Both the position numbers and the translations under genes were made by a program. From contig JAFDDB010000005.1 in the NCBI GenBank assembly GCA_019311115.1, forward strand, positions 1 to 63,511: 63,511 nucleotides of DNA. The letters run 5' to 3'. Below are positions 56,645 to 63,511 of the stretch, one piece after another. Source of the DNA: Deltaproteobacteria bacterium. GTDB taxonomy: Bacteria > Myxococcota_A > UBA9160 > SZUA-336. Position 1 is the first letter of the stretch; each line of letters opens with the position of its first letter. Below the pieces are notes generated by a model that saw only the letters and a program-made list of their open reading frames with translations, was not told the DNA's origin and ran no database searches.

Positions 56645-58954
56645 ATGAGCGACGAGCCCGCCCTGGTCGACCCGGTCTGTGGAATGACCGTCTCGAGGGA
56701 CTCCCCGCACCGCTTCGAGTACCGCGGGGAGAGGTACGGGTTCTGCTGCGCGCGTTGCGCCGAGCGCTTCGAAGCCGACCCCGAGAGCTTCCTGTCCGGG
56801 GATGCGGACGCTGCGGCCGCCGACGCGGGCGACCCCGACGCGCTCTACATCTGTCCCATGGACCCCGAGGTCGAGCAGCGCGGTCCCGGCACCTGCCCGA
56901 TCTGCGGCATGGCCCTCGAGCCCGCGGTGCCCGTGCTGGCGGAGTCCGAGCCGAACGCGGAGCTGGTCGACATGGGCCGCCGCTTCGCCTGGAGCCTGCT
57001 GCTCACGCTGCCCGTCTTCGTGATCGCCATGTCCGAGATGCTGCCCGGCGACCCGTTCGGCAGCGTCCTGTCGCCGCGGTCCCGCGCGTGGTTGCAGCTC
57101 GCACTGTGCGCTCCGGTGGTGCTCTGGGGCGGGGCACCCTTCTTCGTGAGGGGCTGGATGTCGCTGCGGACGTGGCACCTCAACATGTTCACGCTGATCG
57201 CGCTGGGCACGGGCACGGCCTTCGGCTACAGCGTGGTCGCGACGCTGGCGCCCGGCATCTTCCCCGAGTCGTTCAGGGGCCCCGGGGGACACGTGGCGGT
57301 GTACTTCGAGGCCGCCGCTGTGATCGTGACGCTCGTCCTGCTGGGGCAGGTGCTCGAGCTTCGGGCGCGCAGCCGCACGGGCGCCGCGATCCGCGCGCTG
57401 CTCGGGCTCGCGCCGAACACCGCCCGCAGGATCGACTCCGACGGGTCGGAGCACGACGTGCCGCTCGAGGACGTGCGCTCGGGCGACCGCCTGCGCGTGC
57501 GCCCCGGAGAGAAGGTGCCAGTCGACGGCGACGTGGTGGACGGGTCGAGCGCGGTGGACGAGTCGATGGTCACGGGCGAGCCGATGCCCGTGCCGCGAGT
57601 CGCGGGCGACCCCGTGATCGGCGCCACCGTGAACGGGACCGGAACGCTGGTGATCGAGGCCCGCCGCGTGGGGGCCGACACGCTGCTCGCGCAGATCGTG
57701 CGCATGGTGGCCGAGGCGCAGCGCAGCCGCGCGCCCGTCCAGCGCCTGGCCGACGCGGTGGCCGCCTGGTTCGTGCCCGCGGTGATCCTGTCGGCGGGCG
57801 TGGCGTTCGCGGCCTGGGCGGTCTTCGGTCCGGAGCCACGCCTGGCCTACGCGCTGATCAACGCCGTGGCCGTGCTCATCATCGCCTGTCCCTGCGCGCT
57901 GGGCCTGGCCACGCCCATGTCGATCATGGTGGCCGCGGGGCGCGGGGCCGCAGCGGGCGTGCTGTTCCGCAACGCGGAGGCGATCGAGGTGCTGCGCAGC
58001 GTCGACACCCTGGTCGTGGACAAGACGGGCACGCTCACCGAGGGCCGGCCCCGGCTCGTCAGCGTCGTCCCGTCGCCGGGACAGGACGAAGAAGAGCTGC
58101 TCCGCCTGGCGGCCAGCCTGGAACTCGCGAGCGAGCACCCGCTCGGAGCCGCGATCGTCGAGGGCGCGCGGGCTCGCGGCGTGGAGACCGCCCCGGTCGC
58201 CGAGTTCGAGTCCGAGACGGGCCGCGGCGTGATCGGCCAGGTGGACGGACGCAGCGTTGCCGTCGGCAGCCGGCGCTTCATCGACGAGAAGGGCGAGTCC
58301 ACCGGCGCGCTCGACGTGCGCGCGGACGCCCTGTGGGTCGAGGGCCAGACGGTCGTCTTCGTCGCGTTGGACGGTCACCTGGCGGGTCTGCTCGGCGTGA
58401 AGGACCCGATCAAGGAGTCCACGCCCGAGGCCATCGGGCGGCTCCACGCCGACGGCGTGCGCATCATCATGCTGACCGGCGACAGCCGGGCGACCGCCGA
58501 CAGCGTGGCGCGTCAGCTGGGCATCGACGAGGTGATCGCGGACGTGCTGCCCGAGGGCAAGCTCGACGTGATCCGCGAGCTGCAGACCACGCACATCGTG
58601 GCCATGGCTGGCGACGGCATCAACGACGCGCCGGCCCTGGCGCAGGCCCACGTCGGCATCGCCATGGGTACGGGCACCGACGTGGCGATGGAGAGCGCCA
58701 GCGTGACTCTCGTGCGCGGCGACCTGCGCGCCATCGCGCGCGCCCGGCGCTTGAGCCGCGCGACCATGGCGAACATCCGCCAGAACCTGTTCTTCGCGTT
58801 CGTCTACAACGCGCTCGGCGTGCCCCTGGCGGCCGGCGCGCTCTACCCGGTCTTCGGCCTGTTGCTGAGCCCGATGGTGGCGGCCGCGGCCATGAGCCTG
58901 AGCTCCGTGTCGGTCATCAGCAACGCCCTGCGCCTGCGCCGCGTACGCCTCTGA
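56645..58954 (+). CDS. copA: Cu(I)/Ag(I)-translocating P1B-type ATPase with N-terminal YHS and heavy-metal-binding domains
   Basis: DPVCGM, YICPMDP...CPICGM, TGE, CPCALG, DKTGT, SEHP, GDGIND, YN and MSLSS motifs. Confidence 0.93.
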   Translation: MSDEPALVDPVCGMTVSRDSPHRFEYRGERYGFCCARCAERFEADPESFLSGDADAAAADAGDPDALYICPMDPEVEQRGPGTCPICGMALEPAVPVLAESEPNAELVDMGRRFAWSLLLTLPVFVIAMSEMLPGDPFGSVLSPRSRAWLQLALCAPVVLWGGAPFFVRGWMSLRTWHLNMFTLIALGTGTAFGYSVVATLAPGIFPESFRGPGGHVAVYFEAAAVIVTLVLLGQVLELRARSRTGAAIRALLGLAPNTARRIDSDGSEHDVPLEDVRSGDRLRVRPGEKVPVDGDVVDGSSAVDESMVTGEPMPVPRVAGDPVIGATVNGTGTLVIEARRVGADTLLAQIVRMVAEAQRSRAPVQRLADAVAAWFVPAVILSAGVAFAAWAVFGPEPRLAYALINAVAVLIIACPCALGLATPMSIMVAAGRGAAAGVLFRNAEAIEVLRSVDTLVVDKTGTLTEGRPRLVSVVPSPGQDEEELLRLAASLELASEHPLGAAIVEGARARGVETAPVAEFESETGRGVIGQVDGRSVAVGSRRFIDEKGESTGALDVRADALWVEGQTVVFVALDGHLAGLLGVKDPIKESTPEAIGRLHADGVRIIMLTGDSRATADSVARQLGIDEVIADVLPEGKLDVIRELQTTHIVAMAGDGINDAPALAQAHVGIAMGTGTDVAMESASVTLVRGDLRAIARARRLSRATMANIRQNLFFAFVYNALGVPLAAGALYPVFGLLLSPMVAAAAMSLSSVSVISNALRLRRVRL

Positions 58955-59028
58955 GCCCCCTGGGCCCTTCCGGGGGCCGATTCCTGTAAGCTGGCCCTCC
59001 GGTCCGCGGGACCGACGGGAGCACGGCG

Positions 59029-59898
59029 ATGGTACGTGGCAGCTGTCTCTGTGGAGACGTCGCCTGGGAGGCGACCGGCCAGTTCGACCTCATGTCGCAC
59101 TGTCACTGCTCGATGTGCCGCAAGACGCACGGGACCGCCTTCGCGACCTGGGTCGCGACCGAGACCTCGGGCTTCCGCATGGTGCGGGGAGGCGACGGCG
59201 TCGCGCGCTACGAGTCGTCGCCCGGCTTCCAACGCTGCTTCTGCGCGCGCTGCGGCTCATCGGTTCCCAGGGTGCCGGGGGACGGCGAGCCGGGCGGCGA
59301 GCGCGTGTTCGTGCCCGCGGGCTGCTTGGACGACGACCCGGGCGTCCGTCCCCTCTCGCACATCTTCGTCGGCTCCAAGGCGCCGTGGTTCGCGATCAGC
59401 GACGACCTGCCTCGGTTCGACGCGTACCCGCCCGGCATCGGGGGCGAGGTGAAGCGCGGCGCTCGCGCACCGGCCATCCGCGAGGGCGCCCTGCGCGGCA
59501 GCTGTCTTTGCGGCGCGGTGGCCTTCGAGCTCGACGCAAAGCCGGCGCTCCTCGTCCACTGCCACTGCTCGCGCTGCCGCAAAGCGCGCGCCGCCGCGCA
59601 CAACTCGAACATGTTCGTCCGCGAAGGTGAGCTCCGCTGGGTCCGCGGCGAGGACCACGTGACGCAGTTCGAGCTTCCGGAGGCCGACGTGTTCGGCACG
59701 CGCTTCTGCTCGACCTGCGGGTCGATGACGCCGCGTCCCGGCGAGCAGAGTGGCGCGGTCCCGGTGTCCGGGGGCGCGCTCGACGACGACCCGGGCGACC
59801 TTCCGGTGATCCGCATCTTCTGCGGGTCCAAGGCTCCCTGGTTCGAGATCACGGGCGACCAGCCGGCGTTCGACGCGTACGCGCCGGGGCGGAGCTAG
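59029..59898 (+). CDS. tandem GFA (CENP-V) domain protein
   Basis: Two repeats of GSCLCG...HCHCS.CRK...FC..CGS...IF.GSKAPWF. Confidence 0.92.
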   Translation: MVRGSCLCGDVAWEATGQFDLMSHCHCSMCRKTHGTAFATWVATETSGFRMVRGGDGVARYESSPGFQRCFCARCGSSVPRVPGDGEPGGERVFVPAGCLDDDPGVRPLSHIFVGSKAPWFAISDDLPRFDAYPPGIGGEVKRGARAPAIREGALRGSCLCGAVAFELDAKPALLVHCHCSRCRKARAAAHNSNMFVREGELRWVRGEDHVTQFELPEADVFGTRFCSTCGSMTPRPGEQSGAVPVSGGALDDDPGDLPVIRIFCGSKAPWFEITGDQPAFDAYAPGRS

Positions 59899-59900
59899 CG

Positions 59901-60989
59901 ATGTTCGACCTGTCGCCCGGAGAGGACCTGGAGCTGCTCGTCGACACGGCGAGGAGCTTCGCGCAGGACGAGCTGGCGCCGCGCGTTCGCGACGCCGAGT
60001 CCGCACGCGAGGTCGACGCCGAGGTGCGCGCGGCGTTCCGGCAGATCGGGTTCGCGGGTCTGGAGCTTCCCGAGGCGCTGGGCGGCGCGGCTCTCGGTCC
60101 GGTGGCGCGCGCGCTCGTCAACGAGGAGCTCGCCGCGGCCGACGCCGGCGCCGCGCTGGCGCTCGATCCACTCGGTCCCGCGCAGTACGCGCTCGCCGAG
60201 CTGGGGGGCGAAGAGGCGCTGAAGGAGTTCGCGCTGCCGCTGCTCGACGCCGACGGCGCCCGCGCGCTGCTGGTCACGCGCAGCGAGTGCCGGCTGCACG
60301 ACGCGTCGTCCGACCGGGTTACCGGGCGCGTGCCCTGGGTGCCGGCCGACCGCGTGGACCTGCTGGTGGTGCTGGCGCCCGACGGAGCGTTCGCGATTCG
60401 CGAGGGTATCGAGGTCGAGACGCTCCGGGGAAGTGGTCTTCGGGCGGCCGGTGCGTCGGAGCTCCGGTTCGACGGCGCGCCCGTGGCCGCGCGCTGGACG
60501 GGTGCGGCTCCCGCCACGCGTGCCCTGGCGCGCGCGCGCCTGTACGTGAGCGGGCTGCTGGTCGGGACGTTGCGCCAGGCCGCGGAGTTCTCTCGAAGCT
60601 ACGCCTTGGAGCGCACCGCGTTCGGCCGGCCGATCGCGCACCACCAGGCGCTCGCGTTCCTGCTCGTAGACATGTACGCGGCCGTGGACGGTGCGCGCCT
60701 GCTGCTGCACGAGGCCGCCTGGCGTGCGGAACGCGGGAGCGGAGGAGAGGCGCTGGCGGCGTCCGCCTTCGTCGAGGCGGTCGAGGTCTCGCGCTTCGTC
60801 GGACCGAACGGCGTGCAGGTGCTCGGCGGACACGGCTTCATGCAGGACTACCCGGTCGAGAAGTACATGCGCGAGTCGCGGGCGCTGGGACTCGTGCTCG
60901 GCGGCGTCGACGCCGCGATCGAGGAAGCCGGCCGCGCGCTCTGCGCGGAGGAGGCTCCCGTCTCGCTCTCGTTCGCGGAGGGTCCGTGA
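59901..60989 (+). CDS. acyl-CoA dehydrogenase family protein (short, likely non-catalytic subunit)
   Basis: YALERTAFGRPI and QVLGGHGFMQDYPVEKYMR motifs; lacks the TEP and C-terminal EG motifs. Confidence 0.87.
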   Translation: MFDLSPGEDLELLVDTARSFAQDELAPRVRDAESAREVDAEVRAAFRQIGFAGLELPEALGGAALGPVARALVNEELAAADAGAALALDPLGPAQYALAELGGEEALKEFALPLLDADGARALLVTRSECRLHDASSDRVTGRVPWVPADRVDLLVVLAPDGAFAIREGIEVETLRGSGLRAAGASELRFDGAPVAARWTGAAPATRALARARLYVSGLLVGTLRQAAEFSRSYALERTAFGRPIAHHQALAFLLVDMYAAVDGARLLLHEAAWRAERGSGGEALAASAFVEAVEVSRFVGPNGVQVLGGHGFMQDYPVEKYMRESRALGLVLGGVDAAIEEAGRALCAEEAPVSLSFAEGP

Positions 60990-62197
60990 TGGAGTTCAAC
61001 ATCGACAAGGCGATGCGCGAGCGGCTCGAAGAGACCCGCGAGCGCGGCCGCCGCGAGATCCGCCCGATCGGCCTCGAGGCCGACCGCCTGGGACGCCCGA
61101 TCCCGCCCGACGATCCGTACTTCGCCATGCTGATCGCGCGCGGCGAGGGCCGCTCGCGCTGGCCGGGCCCCGCGGGCCGGCCGAAGACCGCGGGGACGGG
61201 CGGCGCGAACAAGAGTTCCGCGCGGGCGACGCGTAGCGTCGTGATGCACCTGCTGCTGGCCGAGGAGTCCGCGTACTGGGACCGCGGCGTCGGCGTGGCG
61301 AACCCGGGGCCGGGCATGCCCGAGCCGAACGTGATCTCGATGGGCACCGACGAGCAGAAGGAGCGCTTCCTCTCGCGGTTCCTCGAGCCTGACAAGCCGC
61401 GCTGGGCGTGCTTCGCCATGACCGAGCCGGGGGCCGGGTCCGACGTGGCCGGCATCCGCACGCTCGCCCGGAAGGACGGCGACGGCTGGATCCTGAACGG
61501 GGCCAAGTGCTTCATCGGCAACGCGAGCCGCTCCGACTGGATCCTGGTCTGGGCGACCGTAGACCCCGAGGCGGGACGCGCGGGTCACCGTGCCTTCGTG
61601 GTCGAGCACGGCACGCCCGGACTCGGCGGCTTCAAGATCGAGAAGAAGATGGGCTTGAAGGCCTACGAGTCCACGTCGTTCACGCTCGAGGACTGCCGCG
61701 TGCCGGCCGGGAACCTGCTCGGCGGCGAGGAACGCTACCAGAGCCGCGCGGGATTCAAGAGCGCCATGGGCACGTTCAACGCCGGCCGGCCGATGATCGC
61801 CGCGAACTCCGTCGGCATCGGCCGCGCCGCGCTCGACGAGGCCCTGACCTTTGCGCGCGACCACGACCTGCTCGGCGACCCGCGCGTTCGCGACCGCCTC
61901 GAGCAGTCGGCGCGCAAGTTGCGGCAGGCGCGCCTGCTCTACCTTCGCGCGGGCTGGATGGTCGACGCGGGCAAGCCCAACGTGCTCGAGGCGTCGATGT
62001 CGAAGGCGATCGCCGCCACCATCGCCGCGGACGTGACGGCGCTCGGCATGGAGATGCTGGGCGGCGTGGGCGCGCGCGGGGACCACCTGATCGAGAAGCT
62101 CTACCGGGACGTCAAGGCCATGGACATCGTCGAGGGAACGGGCCAGATCCAGCGCGTCATCATGGGACGCCACCTGGTGCAGTTGCCCCGGGATTGA
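60989..62197 (+). CDS. acyl-CoA dehydrogenase
   Basis: FAMTEPGAGSD, LNGAKCFI, KMG and DIVEGTGQIQ motifs; ATG overlaps the upstream TGA. Confidence 0.92.
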   Translation: MEFNIDKAMRERLEETRERGRREIRPIGLEADRLGRPIPPDDPYFAMLIARGEGRSRWPGPAGRPKTAGTGGANKSSARATRSVVMHLLLAEESAYWDRGVGVANPGPGMPEPNVISMGTDEQKERFLSRFLEPDKPRWACFAMTEPGAGSDVAGIRTLARKDGDGWILNGAKCFIGNASRSDWILVWATVDPEAGRAGHRAFVVEHGTPGLGGFKIEKKMGLKAYESTSFTLEDCRVPAGNLLGGEERYQSRAGFKSAMGTFNAGRPMIAANSVGIGRAALDEALTFARDHDLLGDPRVRDRLEQSARKLRQARLLYLRAGWMVDAGKPNVLEASMSKAIAATIAADVTALGMEMLGGVGARGDHLIEKLYRDVKAMDIVEGTGQIQRVIMGRHLVQLPRD

Positions 62198-62212
62198 AGA
62201 AAGGGAGAAGAC

Positions 62213-63127
62213 ATGAGCAGGTTCTGTGAAGACCGAGTCGCCATCGTAACGGGTGCGGGCCGCGGCATCGGCCGCGAGCACGCGCTGATGCTCGCCGAGC
62301 ACGGCGCCAAGGTCGTGGTCAACGACCTGGGCGGCAGCCGCGACGGCGAAGGGGCATCGGAGGGTCCGGCCGAAGAAGTGGTCGCCGAGATCAAGAAGGG
62401 CGGCGGCGAGGCCGTCGCCAACGGAGACGACGTGAGCAGCTTCGAGGGCGCCGCCCGCATGATCCAGCAGGCCGTCGACACCTTCGGCAGGCTCGACGTG
62501 CTGGTGAACAACGCGGGGATCCTTCGCGATCGCATGCTCGTCAACATGAGCGAGGCCGAGTGGGACGCCGTCATCGCGGTGCACCTGAAGGGGACGTTCG
62601 GGCCCGCGCGCCACGCCGCCGCCTACTGGCGAGAGCAGTCGAAGGCGGGCAACCCGATCGACGCGCGGCTCATCAACACGAGTTCCGTGTCGGGCATCTA
62701 CGGCAACGCCGGGCAGACCAACTACGGTGCGGCCAAGGCCGGCATCGCGGCGTTCACGATCATCGCGGCGCGCGAGCTTCGGCGCTACGGCGTCACCGTG
62801 AACTGCGTCGCGCCGGGTGCGCTCACCCGCATGACCGAGGACCTGGGCCCGGGAGACCTCAGCGACGAGGACAAGGCCCAGCGCAGCCCACGCTGGATCG
62901 CGCCGATCGTGACCTGGCTGGCGAGCGCCGAGTCGAGCGACGTGACCGGCCGCATCTTCGAGGCGTCGGGACGGATGCTCGCGGTCGCCGAAGGCTGGCA
63001 CCGCGGTCCCAGCGTTGATCCGGTCGAGGATCCGACGGCCATCGGTCCGATCGCGCGCGACCTGGTCAAGCGCGCGAGGATGAACGCGGGCATGAACGGG
63101 CTCGACCTCGACGGCGGCCTCGACTGA
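62213..63127 (+). CDS. SDR, MFE-2-type 3-hydroxyacyl-CoA dehydrogenase-like
   Basis: TGAGRGIG, VVVNDLGG, NNAGILRD and GQTNYGAAK motifs. Confidence 0.93.
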   Translation: MSRFCEDRVAIVTGAGRGIGREHALMLAEHGAKVVVNDLGGSRDGEGASEGPAEEVVAEIKKGGGEAVANGDDVSSFEGAARMIQQAVDTFGRLDVLVNNAGILRDRMLVNMSEAEWDAVIAVHLKGTFGPARHAAAYWREQSKAGNPIDARLINTSSVSGIYGNAGQTNYGAAKAGIAAFTIIAARELRRYGVTVNCVAPGALTRMTEDLGPGDLSDEDKAQRSPRWIAPIVTWLASAESSDVTGRIFEASGRMLAVAEGWHRGPSVDPVEDPTAIGPIARDLVKRARMNAGMNGLDLDGGLD

Positions 63128-63137
63128 GGCGGCGGAC

Positions 63138-63511
63138 GTGCCCTCGCTCGAAGAGCGGCTGGCGGCCTACATCTCGGGCCGGCTGCCGGAGGCGGTCGGG
63201 CTGCGCGTCGAGGGTCTCGACCGCATCTTCGGCGGGGCGTCGCGCGAGACCTACCGGTTCAACCTCCACTACCGGGAGGAAGAAGGCGGAGAGGTCTCGC
63301 GCCCGCTCATCCTGCGCCGCGACCCTCCGGGCTCGCTGATCGAGACCGAGCGTGCCATCGAGTTCGGCGCCTATCGCGCGTTCCACGGCACGGCGGTTCC
63401 GGTTCCCGAGCCGCTCTGGCTCGAAGAGGACACGCGATGGCTCGACTACCCCTTCTTCATCATGGAGCAGCTGACCGGGCTCGAGTCGAGTCCGCAGCAG
63501 CTCGTGGCCCC
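63138..63511 (+). CDS. APH/ACAD10-like phosphotransferase family protein (runs off window end)
   Basis: My translation: MPSLEERLAAY...GGASRETYRF...LILRRDP...VPVPEPLW...PFFIME; no stop before the window end. Confidence 0.85.
   Translation, partial: MPSLEERLAAYISGRLPEAVGLRVEGLDRIFGGASRETYRFNLHYREEEGGEVSRPLILRRDPPGSLIETERAIEFGAYRAFHGTAVPVPEPLWLEEDTRWLDYPFFIMEQLTGLESSPQQLVA

Noticed and set aside
1-63511. CRISPR array, rRNA, riboswitch or prophage genes
   Set aside because: No regularly spaced repeats, rRNA-like segments, recognisable aptamers or phage hallmark proteins were seen by eye.

Overview
High-GC bacterial chromosomal DNA, roughly 70% GC by eye, densely coding. The content is mostly lipid/aromatic catabolism and transport genes: P450, MFS transporters, hydrolases, SDRs, acyl-CoA dehydrogenases, sulfatase-like proteins, a Cu P-type ATPase, rsgA and signalling proteins. 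Most long ORFs in the supplied track are antisense or off-frame shadows, so many starts were re-assigned by hand. The standout is a four-gene, translationally coupled minus-strand operon at 25351-21863 that reads as a divergent bacterial ubiquitination-like system. It encodes a small protein ending RGGGA (Ubl precursor), a 358-aa protein with a C-terminal GLCMG E2-like motif, a JAB/JAMM peptidase, and an E1 with an apparent inactive plus active adenylation-domain tandem. It sits head-to-head with a SorC/DeoR-type regulator across an AT-rich region that carries a consensus IHF site. Other notable items: a GrdB/PrdB-like selenoprotein with in-frame UGA and SECIS hairpin, abutting a rifampin-phosphotransferase-like gene; a twin-arginine FMN hydroxy-acid oxidase with an inserted CxxCH motif; a tRNA 3' fragment (att site) at the left edge; a CTAG-flanked MITE-like element; and a perfect 29-bp inverted repeat. 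All family assignments come from motif recognition by eye, not database searches.
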